Shown here one piece after another: positions 40,323 to 48,982 of a DNA stretch of 64,000 bases. This DNA is from Acetobacteraceae bacterium (GTDB lineage Bacteria > Pseudomonadota > Alphaproteobacteria > Acetobacterales > Acetobacteraceae): positions 2,203-66,202 of the forward strand of contig DATKQI010000279.1 of NCBI GenBank assembly GCA_035532755.1. The letters are read 5' to 3'. The translations under genes were made by a program, and so were the position numbers. The stretch's first letter is position 1. Each line of letters opens with the position of its first letter. The notes below the pieces were generated by a model. That model saw nothing but the letters and a program-made list of their open reading frames with translations. It was not told where the DNA came from and searched no databases.

Positions 40323-41521
40323 TCGGGGAGCGGCGATTGGGGGCGAACGTGATGCATTTCGCCCATCTGTTGCGCCGCGCCGGCCTTCCGGTCGGCCCTG
40401 CCGAAACACTGGCGGCCCAGCAGGCGTTGACGCTGATCGACCTCGGCGACAAGCAACAGGCGCGCACCGCGCTGCGGGCGGTGATGGTGCATCGGCACGA
40501 GCATCAGGAGGTGTTCGATCAGGCGTTCGGCCTGTTCTGGCGCGACCCGGATGCGGCAAGGCAGGCCGCGGCGATGGCCCTGCTGGAGGGCCAGAAGGAA
40601 ACCAGGACCGACTGCGCGGCACCCGCGAGCCGCCGCGTCGCCGAGGCTTTCGCCACGAAGAAAGACCCGAAGCCGCATGCGCAGCCTCCACCGCCGCTGC
40701 AGGACGCGGTGCTGACGGTGAGCGAGCGCGAACGGCTGCAGACAATGGATTTCGAGGCGATGGGAGCGGCCGAGATCACCAACGCCAAGGCCGAAATCCG
40801 CCGCCTGCACCTGCCGCTTGACCTGCGCCGCACCCGCCGCCACCGCCCCGACCCGGCCGGACCGCGCGCGGACCTGCGCGCGACGATCCGGCAGAGCCTG
40901 CGCCAGGGCGGGGAGATCATCGACCTCGCCCGCAGCCGACGCATTACAAAACCGCCGCCATTGGTCGTGATCTGTGACATATCGGGCTCGATGGCGCGCT
41001 ATGCGCAGATATTGCTGCATTTCCTGCACGCGGTCGCGAACGACCGGGACCGTGTGCAGGTGTTCCTGTTCGGCACGCGGCTATCCAACATCACCCGCCA
41101 GCTCCGCCACCGGGACCCGGAGGTGGCGTTCCAGATGGTCAGCCACGTCGTGCCGGACTGGTCTGGCGGCACCCGGATCGGGGAGACGTTGGCGGTCTTC
41201 AACCATACCTGGGCCAGGCGGGTGCTGGGCCAGGGGGCGGTGGTACTGCTGGTGACCGATGGGCTGGACCGCGACGGGGCGAGGGGACTCGCCGAAAACA
41301 TGGATCGGCTGCACCGTTCCTGCTCGCGGCTGATCTGGCTCAACCCGCTGCTGCGCTGGGACGGCTTCAGCCCGAAATCGCAGGGCATCCGTGCCATGTT
41401 GCCGCATGTGGACGATTTCCGGCCGGTGCATAATCTGGCGAGTTTGCATGCGCTGATCGATCTGCTCTCCCGCCCCGCCCCGCCAAGGGCAGTGCTGGAA
41501 GCCTGGAGGAACGCATCATGA
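40319..41521 (+). CDS. VWA domain-containing protein (CoxE-like)
   Basis: The C-terminal VWA domain has a MIDAS-like DISGSM motif. Paired with the MoxR ATPase. Confidence 0.8.
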   Translation: MIGERRLGANVMHFAHLLRRAGLPVGPAETLAAQQALTLIDLGDKQQARTALRAVMVHRHEHQEVFDQAFGLFWRDPDAARQAAAMALLEGQKETRTDCAAPASRRVAEAFATKKDPKPHAQPPPPLQDAVLTVSERERLQTMDFEAMGAAEITNAKAEIRRLHLPLDLRRTRRHRPDPAGPRADLRATIRQSLRQGGEIIDLARSRRITKPPPLVVICDISGSMARYAQILLHFLHAVANDRDRVQVFLFGTRLSNITRQLRHRDPEVAFQMVSHVVPDWSGGTRIGETLAVFNHTWARRVLGQGAVVLLVTDGLDRDGARGLAENMDRLHRSCSRLIWLNPLLRWDGFSPKSQGIRAMLPHVDDFRPVHNLASLHALIDLLSRPAPPRAVLEAWRNAS

Positions 41522-41847
41522 CTCTACCGACAGAAGCCGAAGATGTGCTCGGCCTCGCCTCAGCTTGGCGCGCGGCGGGCGAGCAGGTGGCGATTGCCAC
41601 CGTTACCGAAACCTGGGGCAGCAGCCCGCGCCCGGCCGGCAGCCAGATGGCGGTCACCGCCTCCGGCCGCATGGCAGGCTCGGTTTCCGGCGGTTGCATC
41701 GAAGGGGCGGTAGCCGAGGCGGCGCAGGAAGCGATCCGTACCGGCACGCCGAAGCTGCTCGATTTCGGGGTGACGAACGAACAGGCGTGGGAAGTGGGCC
41801 TCGCTTGCGGCGGCAAGGTGAAGGTGTTCGTGGAGGCCCTCGGATGA
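41518..41847 (+). CDS. XdhC/CoxI family protein (N-terminal-domain-only form)
   Basis: Reads ATVTETWGSSPRPAGSQMAV...GSVSGGCIEGAV, typical of the XdhC_CoxI domain. Confidence 0.8.
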   Translation: MTLPTEAEDVLGLASAWRAAGEQVAIATVTETWGSSPRPAGSQMAVTASGRMAGSVSGGCIEGAVAEAAQEAIRTGTPKLLDFGVTNEQAWEVGLACGGKVKVFVEALG

Positions 41848-42542
41848 CACCCGAAACGCTTCACGCTTTGAGCCGGGCAAAGGCGGAGGGCCGCGCTGTC
41901 GTGCTTGCCACCACACTGCCCGCCGGCACTCAGCGCCTGTTGCCGGACCCGGCGGCTCCCACGGCGCTGAACACGGCGGCGGAGCGGGCGCTGGCCGCGG
42001 ATGCGAGCGGGACCGTCATGATCGATGGCGCGAGCGTCTTCCTGCAGGTGCACAACCCGCCGGTTCGTCTTGTGGTGGTGGGGGCGGTGCATATCGCGCA
42101 GGCCCTGGTGCCGATGGCGGCGCAGCTTGGCCTGTCGGTCATCGTGGTCGATCCGCGGCGTGCCTTCGCCTCGGATGAACGTTTCCCGAACGTCGCGATC
42201 TCGACCGACTGGCCGGACGAGGCGCTGGATGCTCTGCGCCCGGATGCCCGCACCGCCATCGTAACACTTACCCACGATCCGAAGCTGGACGATCCCGCGC
42301 TGGACCGGGCCCTGAAATCGCCCGCTTTCTACGTGGGGTCGCTCGGCTCGCGGAAGACCCACGCGGCGAGGCTCGCCCGGTTGCGCGAGCTGGGCCACGA
42401 CGAGGCGGCGCTGACGCGCATTCACGGGCCGGTGGGGCTGGACATCGATGCGGTGACGGCGCCGGAGATCGCGTTGTCGATCCTGGCCCAATTGGTCGCG
42501 GTGCGGCGAGGGGCCAGCCGGGCTCAGCGGGCTGCGGCATGA
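41844..42542 (+). CDS. XdhC family Mo-cofactor insertion chaperone (Rossmann-domain form)
   Basis: Reads RLVVVGAVHIAQAL...LTHDPKLDDPAL...YVGSLGSRKTHA. There is an ATGA overlap with the preceding gene. Confidence 0.8.
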   Translation: MTPETLHALSRAKAEGRAVVLATTLPAGTQRLLPDPAAPTALNTAAERALAADASGTVMIDGASVFLQVHNPPVRLVVVGAVHIAQALVPMAAQLGLSVIVVDPRRAFASDERFPNVAISTDWPDEALDALRPDARTAIVTLTHDPKLDDPALDRALKSPAFYVGSLGSRKTHAARLARLRELGHDEAALTRIHGPVGLDIDAVTAPEIALSILAQLVAVRRGASRAQRAAA

Positions 42543-44206
42543 TCTTCGGTGTGCTGCCCATCGAGGAGGCGCAGGGTGCGATCCTTGCCCACAGCCAGCG
42601 CCTGGACGGGCGCATGTTGCGCAAAGGTGCGCTGCTGGACGAGACGGCGATCGCGGGGCTGCGTGCGGCCGGGCTGTCCGAGGTCATCGCCGCGAAGCTG
42701 GAGCCGGGCGAGGTGCCGGAGGATGCGGCGGCGGATCGGCTGGGGCAGGCGCTGCTCGGCCCGCTGATCGGCCGGTCGCGTGCCGGAACCGGTCGGGTGA
42801 ACCTGCTGGCCGAAGCGGCCGGGCTGCTGCGGCTCGATGCCGCGCGGATCGATCGGCTGAATGGCATCGACGAATCCGTCACTCTCGCCACTCTTCCCGA
42901 TTTCTCGGTCGTCGCGCCGAAGGACATGCTGGCAACGCTGAAGATCATCCCCTTCGCGGTGCCAGGTGCGACGCTCGCGGTGGCCGAGGCGGTGATCCGC
43001 CAGGGCACGCCTGCGCTGATGCTGCATCCTTTCCGGCCGCTGAAGGTCGGGCTGGTGCTGACCGAACTGCCGCACCTGAAGGATGCGGCGATCCAGCACA
43101 CCATCGAGGCGACGGAAGCCCGCGTGCGGGGGCTGACCGGCACGCTGCTGCCGCCCTTGCGCACGCCGCATTCCGAAAGGCCGGTGGCGGACGCACTGCG
43201 GAAGTTGCTTGCGCAGGGGGCGGAACTGCTGCTGGTGGCCGGGGCCTCGGCCGTGGTGGATCGGCGTGATGTCGGCCCGGCCGGGATCGTGGCGGCGGGC
43301 GGAGAAATCGGACATTTCGGGATGCCGGTCGATCCGGGAAACCTGATTTGCCTGGGGCGGATCGGGGCGGTGCCGGCGCTGGTGCTGCCCGGCTGCGCGC
43401 GCAGCCCCAAGCTGAACGGCATCGACTGGGTTCTGGCCCGGTTGTTCGCCGACCTGCCCGTGGGCGCGCGCGAAGTGGCGCGAATGGGGGTGGGTGGCCT
43501 GCTGAAGGATGTGGAGGCGCGCCCTCTGCCGCGCGCGACCGCGCCCGCCACCCCGCGCACCGGCGCCGCCCCACGGCCTCGCCCGTCAGTCGGCGCGATC
43601 GTGCTCGCGGCCGGGCGGTCACGCCGGATGGCGCCACGCAACAAGCTGCTGATCGAGGATGCGACCGGGAAGGCGATGGTCGCCCGTGTGGTGGACAACA
43701 TCCTCTCCTCCGGCGCCCGCCCGGTGCTGGTGGTGACGGGCCATCAGGCCGAGGAGATCGAACACGTGCTGGCCGGCCGGCCGGTGCGCTTCGTCCATGC
43801 CGCCGACTATGCCGAGGGCCTTTCGGCCAGCCTGAAAACCGCCGTCGCGGCATTGCCGCCGGAGGCTGCGGCGGCGATCATCTGCCTTGCCGACATGCCG
43901 CTGGTGACCGGCGCGATGATCGATCGGCTGATGGCGGCCTACGACCCGGACGAGGGGCGGGCGATCGTGCTGCCGACCTTCCGCGGCAAGCAGGGCAACC
44001 CGATGTTGTGGGACCGCCGATTCTTCTCCGAAATCATGGCGGTGACCGGCGATATCGGCGCGCGGCACTTGCTGGCGAAGCATCTGGAACTGGTGGCCGA
44101 GGTCGAGATGGCCTCCGACGCCGTGCTGCGTGATTTCGACACGGCCGACAGCCTTGCCACGCTCCCTGGCCATCTGCGCCCGGCCGGCGCTCGCCCGGGC
44201 GCCTGA
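42539..44206 (+). CDS. fusion of a molybdopterin-binding (MoeA/CinA-like MoCF) domain and a MocA-type molybdenum cofactor cytidylyltransferase
   Basis: The central block VAGASAVVDRRDV...GMPVDPGN is the MoCF-binding fold. The C-terminal block AIVLAAGRSRRM...LADMPLV is a MobA/MocA-like NTP transferase. Confidence 0.7.
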   Translation: MIFGVLPIEEAQGAILAHSQRLDGRMLRKGALLDETAIAGLRAAGLSEVIAAKLEPGEVPEDAAADRLGQALLGPLIGRSRAGTGRVNLLAEAAGLLRLDAARIDRLNGIDESVTLATLPDFSVVAPKDMLATLKIIPFAVPGATLAVAEAVIRQGTPALMLHPFRPLKVGLVLTELPHLKDAAIQHTIEATEARVRGLTGTLLPPLRTPHSERPVADALRKLLAQGAELLLVAGASAVVDRRDVGPAGIVAAGGEIGHFGMPVDPGNLICLGRIGAVPALVLPGCARSPKLNGIDWVLARLFADLPVGAREVARMGVGGLLKDVEARPLPRATAPATPRTGAAPRPRPSVGAIVLAAGRSRRMAPRNKLLIEDATGKAMVARVVDNILSSGARPVLVVTGHQAEEIEHVLAGRPVRFVHAADYAEGLSASLKTAVAALPPEAAAAIICLADMPLVTGAMIDRLMAAYDPDEGRAIVLPTFRGKQGNPMLWDRRFFSEIMAVTGDIGARHLLAKHLELVAEVEMASDAVLRDFDTADSLATLPGHLRPAGARPGA

Positions 44207-44212
44207 CCATCC

Positions 44213-45163
44213 GTGATCGCTGATCCGGACATGCTGCACGCTCCGCCGCCGAGTTTCATGGGCGTGCGGATGACGCGCGATCTTCTTGGTTGCCAGGCCG
44301 CGATCCTTGGCGCGCCGTTCGATTGCGGCACCCACCCGGTGCGTATCGGCGCCCGCCAGGGGCCGGCGGCGATCCGTGCGCAGTCCACTCTGGTGCGCCC
44401 CTACGAGCCGCCGGAGGATGATTTCGACCCGCTGGCGGCGCTGGGTGTGGTCGATTGCGGGGACGCGGCAGTGGTGCCAAGCGCGCTTGCCGAATCGTTC
44501 GAGGCGATCGCGCAAGCGACCGCCAGGATCATTGGCGCCGACGCGCTGCCGGTCGTGCTGGGGGGTGATGGGGCGATCACATTGCCGGTGCTGCGCGCCC
44601 TGCATGCACGGCATGGCGCCGCGCTTTGCGTCCTGCATATCGATGCGCACACCGACGCCTATGCCGGCGACGGCAACCGGGAGCGTGACCGGTACAACAC
44701 CGCGACCACGTTTACCCGCGCCGCCGAGGAAGGGCTGGTGGATGCCCGGAATTCGCTGCACCTGGGCGCGCGCGGACCGACCTACCAGCAGGGTGTGTTC
44801 GGCCATACGCGGGGGCTCGGCTACCGTCTGATCCCGGGGGATGAGCTGTGGCGCCGCGGCATCGCGGATGTCCTGGCGGAGGTGCATGCACTGCTGGCAG
44901 GGCGGCCTGTGCATCTTTGCTTCGACATGGATTTCTTCGATCCCGCTGCTGCCCCGGGCGTGTGCACGCCCACCTGGGGCGGGGCCTCCGCGCGGGAGGG
45001 GTTGGAATTGATCCAGGGGCTCGCCGGTATCGATTTTGTCGGTTTTGACATCAACACGGTCAGCCCGCCGCATGATCCATCGGGCATGACGGCATTCCTG
45101 GCCGCCACATGCGTGCGGGCTTTCCTTGTGCTGGCTTGCCGCCGTCCCGGGGGCACCTCATAG
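44213..45163 (+). CDS. arginase-family ureohydrolase (agmatinase/guanidino-acid hydrolase type)
   Basis: Mn-ligand motifs GGDG, HIDAHTD and CFDMDFFDP. The substrate is not assignable from sequence. Confidence 0.8.
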   Translation: MIADPDMLHAPPPSFMGVRMTRDLLGCQAAILGAPFDCGTHPVRIGARQGPAAIRAQSTLVRPYEPPEDDFDPLAALGVVDCGDAAVVPSALAESFEAIAQATARIIGADALPVVLGGDGAITLPVLRALHARHGAALCVLHIDAHTDAYAGDGNRERDRYNTATTFTRAAEEGLVDARNSLHLGARGPTYQQGVFGHTRGLGYRLIPGDELWRRGIADVLAEVHALLAGRPVHLCFDMDFFDPAAAPGVCTPTWGGASAREGLELIQGLAGIDFVGFDINTVSPPHDPSGMTAFLAATCVRAFLVLACRRPGGTS

Positions 45164-45249
45164 CCTGTCTCAACATTCGAAAATATTGGTGCTGGGCTGG
45201 ATCCGTTTCCGGCGGGCTGCGCTGCGGCTGCGCGGGATCCGGCGTGATG

Positions 45250-46600
45250 ACGGCTATGAAAGAATGATCAAAACGGTTTTTGGAGAAAAAAGATTATAAT
45301 CCATAAATAGATACTAATTTGGTAACAAAACACCACCTGGAAAAGAAAATTATTGTAACTTGCAATCCAGGGTGGTAATTTACGTTTTGTTATTCCAACG
45401 GAGGATGAGCGTGCGAATTTTGCTCGTAGAAGATGATCCGCTGGCCGCTCAAGCCATCACCCTCGCTTTAAAGAGTTGTCATGCAATCGTTGATCAGTGT
45501 GATCTTGGGCAGGATGCGGTAAATATAGCTAAACGTTACGACTATGATGTAATATTAGTTGATTTAATGCTATCTGATATCGACGGATACGAGGTTATAA
45601 AAAAGATCAGGTCAGAAAAAATTATAACTCCGATTATTATTCTATCCGGATTGACAAGAACTCAATCAAAAATTAAAGGATTAAATGTAGGTGCCGATGA
45701 TTTTATAAATAAACCATTTGATAAAGAAGAGCTAATAGCCAGATTACAAGCAATTGTGCGAAGAAGCAAAGGTTACAGCGAACCTCATATAAAAATAGGA
45801 AACTTAGTTATAAATCTGCAAAACCAAGAAGTGTCTGTAAATGGGAATATAATAAATCTCACATTAAAGGAATATTTAATACTTGAATTAATGTGTTTGA
45901 GAAAGGGAATTGTTGTCAGTAAAGAAGCGTTTCTGAATAATCTATACGGCGGTATCGATGAGCCAGATCTAAAAATTATTGATGTATTTATCTGCAAGAT
46001 CCGAAAAAAAATGCTTTTGAATAATTGCCCAAATATCATAACAACCATATGGGGTCGTGGTTATATGATAAAAGATAATATAAAAGATAATAAAGCTTCA
46101 GAAGTTGATTCACATAAAATGCTGCCTGTAAATGATAGATCTCCAGAATGTTGGGCGGCTGGCTGATGCGCAGGCGCATGAATTTGTAGGGTCGCAGAAC
46201 TGATCGAAAGAAATCTTGAGCGGGTTGGGTCAGAAATGATTCTCTCGCTGGCATGGATGGAGTGGGGCAGTGTCGGTGTGAAATCTGGAGCATCGTCCGT
46301 GTGGCGTTGCGGCCGGCAATGCCTCGCTTCGTAGCGCCGTGTCGCCAATGATGTGCATTTGACGATCGTTCGCCGTAAAGCGCGAATGTTCATGTATACA
46401 TTTGTAGTTTTCGCTCCAGAGCACGTGTCAATGTTCCAACTGTGCTGGTCATCACATAATACATCGCGCCAATCGTCAGAAATATCGCAAAATTCTGAAA
46501 TGTTGAACTGATCACCATCTGTGCCGATAGAAACAATTCCTGTACAGTCACCAATGATACCAAGGCAGAATTCTTCGTCAGCGCAACGAATTCATTGCCC
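45250..46600. other. compositional island: AT-rich segment in an otherwise roughly 65-70% G+C window
   Basis: My hand count of 45541-45600 gives 18/60 G+C. The left edge is about 45250. The right edge, about 46600, lies inside the permease CDS. No integrase, transposase or flanking direct repeats were seen. Confidence 0.8.
45405..46166 (+). CDS. OmpR/PhoB-class response regulator closely resembling CtrA (orphan, no adjacent kinase)
   Basis: The receiver domain has an LLVEDD acidic pocket, the phospho-acceptor context VILVDLMLSDIDG, and KPF. The winged helix has CtrA-like strings LTLKEYLILELM, LYGGIDEPDLKIIDVFICKIRKK and WGRGY. The ATG at 45405 follows ACGGAGG. Confidence 0.85.
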   Translation: MSVRILLVEDDPLAAQAITLALKSCHAIVDQCDLGQDAVNIAKRYDYDVILVDLMLSDIDGYEVIKKIRSEKIITPIIILSGLTRTQSKIKGLNVGADDFINKPFDKEELIARLQAIVRRSKGYSEPHIKIGNLVINLQNQEVSVNGNIINLTLKEYLILELMCLRKGIVVSKEAFLNNLYGGIDEPDLKIIDVFICKIRKKMLLNNCPNIITTIWGRGYMIKDNIKDNKASEVDSHKMLPVNDRSPECWAAG

Positions 46601-47049
46601 AGCGGCGGCAGCATCCGCAGCAGCGCTTGTGGGAACACCACATGGCACATCGCCTGCCGTTCGGAGAGCCCCAGTGCAACCGCCGCTTCCACCTGTCGCC
46701 GATCGACTGACTGGATGGCTCCGCGCACGATCTCGGTCTGGTACGCGCCGGAATAGACCGCAAGCGCACCGACCGCCGCCACCATTGCCGGAATCGGCAG
46801 GCCGAGTTGCGGCAGCGCGTAGTAGATGAAGAACAACTGCACCACGAACGGCGTGCCGCGGATCACCGAGACATAAACCGCGGCCGCTCCGCGCAGCACG
46901 CGCCGGTGCGACAGCTTGGCGAAACCGCCCGCGAGGCCACAGCCCACCCCGAGCACGAGGGCCATCACCACGATCTCAATCGTCTTCAACGCTCCGCCGA
47001 GCAGGAAGGGCAGAGAAAGGAGAACAGTGTGCAGCCCAGCCGCTGTCAT
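46390..47049 (-). CDS. polar amino acid ABC transporter permease (His/Glu/Gln/Arg/opine family)
   Basis: 219 aa with an EAA-type loop (VDRRQVEAAVALGLSERQAM). It is intact, but its last 70 or so codons are encoded by AT-rich DNA. Confidence 0.85.
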   Translation of the reverse strand: MTAAGLHTVLLSLPFLLGGALKTIEIVVMALVLGVGCGLAGGFAKLSHRRVLRGAAAVYVSVIRGTPFVVQLFFIYYALPQLGLPIPAMVAAVGALAVYSGAYQTEIVRGAIQSVDRRQVEAAVALGLSERQAMCHVVFPQALLRMLPPLGNEFVALTKNSALVSLVTVQELFLSAQMVISSTFQNFAIFLTIGAMYYVMTSTVGTLTRALERKLQMYT

Positions 47050-47079
47050 CGCCGATCAGCCAATGGAATCAACGGCTGC

Positions 47080-47883
47080 CTACCCGGCGCTGCCGAACCA
47101 CGTCTGCTCCAGCTTCGCCATCGTGCCGTCCTGTTTCAGCGCGTCCAGCGCATCGTTCACGGCCTTCAGCAGCGCGGGGTTGGTCTTCCGGATGGCGAGC
47201 CCATACATCTCATGTGTCAGCAGGAACGGGGCGACCTTCGCGCCGCCGTGTATCTTGATGTAGTAGCGTGCGGCGGGGTAGCCGGTGACGACCGCATCCG
47301 CCCGCCCGCTCTGCAAGGCCTGGAACATCTGGTCGTTGGTCTGTACCACCACCAGCCGCGCCTTGGGGAAGGTCTTCTTCAGATAATCGACCGATTTGGT
47401 GCCGACCTGCACGGCAATGCGCTTGCCTTCAAGATCGGCGGCCTTCGCAATTGCGGTATTGCCCGGCTTCAGCATCACGCTCAGCCCGCCGGTGAAGTAG
47501 GGCTGCGAGAAATTCACCACCTTCTCCCGCGTGGCGGTGATGTAGATGGCGGAGGCGGCGAGATCGATATGGTTGGCGATCAGGCCGGGGACGAGCTGCC
47601 CGAACGGCACCTGCTGAAAGCGTACCTTGGCAATGCCGATCTTCGATGCGATCGCCTGGACCAACGCGATGTCGAACCCGGATTTCGCGCCGGCTGGCGA
47701 GGTCTGCTCGAACGGCGGAAAAGTGGCATCGGTGCCCACCACCAATGTCCTGTGCCCGGATTTCAGCGCGGCAAGCAGCCCTGCCGCGTACGCGCGAGCC
47801 GGCAACGCGGCAAGCGCAGCGCCGAGCGAGAGGCAGGCAGTAGCTGCGACCAGGCCGATCCGGCGACGGGTGAAAGTCATCAT
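47080..47883 (-). CDS. polar amino acid ABC transporter substrate-binding protein
   Basis: Signal peptide MMTFTRRRIGLVAATACLSLGAALAALPARA, then a PBP type 3 fold (GTDATFPPFE, GFDIAL). Confidence 0.85.
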   Translation of the reverse strand: MMTFTRRRIGLVAATACLSLGAALAALPARAYAAGLLAALKSGHRTLVVGTDATFPPFEQTSPAGAKSGFDIALVQAIASKIGIAKVRFQQVPFGQLVPGLIANHIDLAASAIYITATREKVVNFSQPYFTGGLSVMLKPGNTAIAKAADLEGKRIAVQVGTKSVDYLKKTFPKARLVVVQTNDQMFQALQSGRADAVVTGYPAARYYIKIHGGAKVAPFLLTHEMYGLAIRKTNPALLKAVNDALDALKQDGTMAKLEQTWFGSAG

Positions 47884-48005
47884 GCGGCTCCTTTTGCGCG
47901 AACGGCGGAGAATATGGGCAAATGCCTCGATGTGGAAGGATCGGTGGGTTCTTGTCATTTCCGGTACGTGATAATGCACTCCCGCTGGTATTGGAGGTTC
48001 GGGCG

Positions 48006-48767
48006 ATGCGGCGACTGGTGCGGGGCGTTGTGGCCGGCATGCTCGTTCTGGGCGCAGGATCTCATGCCGCCCAGGCCCAGCCGCCAGCCGGCGGGTATGC
48101 CTGTCCGGCCGCGCCGGTCCAGCGGCTCGATCTGCCGCGCACGCGTGCGGCCATCCTGCGCCAGCAGCCGGTGGTGATCGTCGCGTTCGGCTCATCCTCC
48201 ACTTTCGGTGCACAGGCGTCCGATCCTGGCGATTCCTATCCCGCCGAATTGCAGGATCGGCTGAACGCCGCCCTGCCGGGGGCGGAGATCAGCGTGTTGA
48301 ACCGCGGCATCAACGGCCAGGACGCGAAGCGGGAGGATGCGCGCATGACTGCCGATGTGCTCGCCGTCCGCCCGCAGGCGGTGATCTGGCAGGTGGGGGC
48401 GAATGCGGCGCTGCGCGGCGAGAAGCCAGCGGTTTTCACACCCCTGCTGCAATCAGGCCTTGCCCGGTTGCGCGCGGCGGGGATCGATGTGGTTCTGATG
48501 GATAACCAGCGCTCGGTGCGGATGCTCGCCTCACCGACCAACCATCGCATCAATGCGGCACTTTCCGTGCTTGCCCGGCGGAATCGGGCAAGCCTGTTTT
48601 CGCGGGACCGGCTGATGCGCCTGTGGGCGCCGGACGGCACGCCGCCGGCGGCCTATCTCGCCGCCGACGGCATCCACATGAACGATCGGGGCTATGCCTG
48701 CCTGGCGCAGGCGCTCGGCCGGTCCATCACAGCCGCCCTGCGGGAAGATACCAGCAAGGCGCGTTAA
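48006..48767 (+). CDS. secreted SGNH/GDSL-family hydrolase
   Basis: Signal peptide, block I VAFGSSST, and later GINGQ and DGIHMN blocks. Confidence 0.75.
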   Translation: MRRLVRGVVAGMLVLGAGSHAAQAQPPAGGYACPAAPVQRLDLPRTRAAILRQQPVVIVAFGSSSTFGAQASDPGDSYPAELQDRLNAALPGAEISVLNRGINGQDAKREDARMTADVLAVRPQAVIWQVGANAALRGEKPAVFTPLLQSGLARLRAAGIDVVLMDNQRSVRMLASPTNHRINAALSVLARRNRASLFSRDRLMRLWAPDGTPPAAYLAADGIHMNDRGYACLAQALGRSITAALREDTSKAR

Positions 48768-48830
48768 CCGGCTTCGGCCTGCCCCGGCATCGGCCAACTG
48801 AGCCCATGTACCATCAAACAGGCCTGTCCT

Positions 48831-48865
48831 ATCAAAAAAGAAGACCCCGGGATGCACCCGGGGCC
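48831..48865 (-). terminator. intrinsic terminator (9-bp GC stem, 5-nt loop, followed by TTCTTTTTTGAT on the minus strand)
   Basis: Plus-strand GACCCCGGG-ATGCA-CCCGGGGCC at 48843-48865. The A-run at 48833-48842 gives a U-tract on the minus strand. Confidence 0.7.
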
Positions 48866-48907
48866 TTCGCATTGTCTGCGGGCAGAAGCTGCCCAGTCAG
48901 GGAAGGA

Positions 48908-48982
48908 TCAGGCGCTCACCCGAACGTGTGCAGCGGAGATCCAGCCCATGGCAGCCGATGCCGACACCAAACAATGAGACAC
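48908..48982 (-). CDS. candidate 24-codon small ORF (MSHCLVSASAAMGWISAAHVRVSA) behind an extended perfect Shine-Dalgarno
   Basis: The GTG at 48982-48980 lies 7 nt after GGAGG within GAAAGGAGGTGATCCAG. The ORF ends 43 nt before the terminator stem. There is no homology evidence. Confidence 0.3.
   Translation of the reverse strand: MSHCLVSASAAMGWISAAHVRVSA

Noticed and set aside
45165-45404. CtrA boxes (TTAA-N7-TTAA) upstream of the CtrA-like gene as evidence of autoregulation.
   Set aside because: I found no TTAA tetramer in this 240-bp upstream region. Only an imperfect inverted repeat (ACCACCTGG at 45332-45340, CCAGGGTGGT at 45366-45375) and a TATAAT hexamer are present.
46167-46389. Possible pseudogene remnant of the missing ABC ATPase between the CtrA-like gene and the permease.
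   Set aside because: I translated all frames on both strands by eye. No Walker A, signature or Walker B remnants and no other recognisable motif appeared.
45165-46600. Calling the AT-rich island a mobile element, prophage remnant or integrative element.
   Set aside because: No integrase, transposase, recombinase, terminal inverted repeats or flanking direct repeats could be found, and no tRNA is adjacent. Only the compositional anomaly is supported, so it is listed as other.
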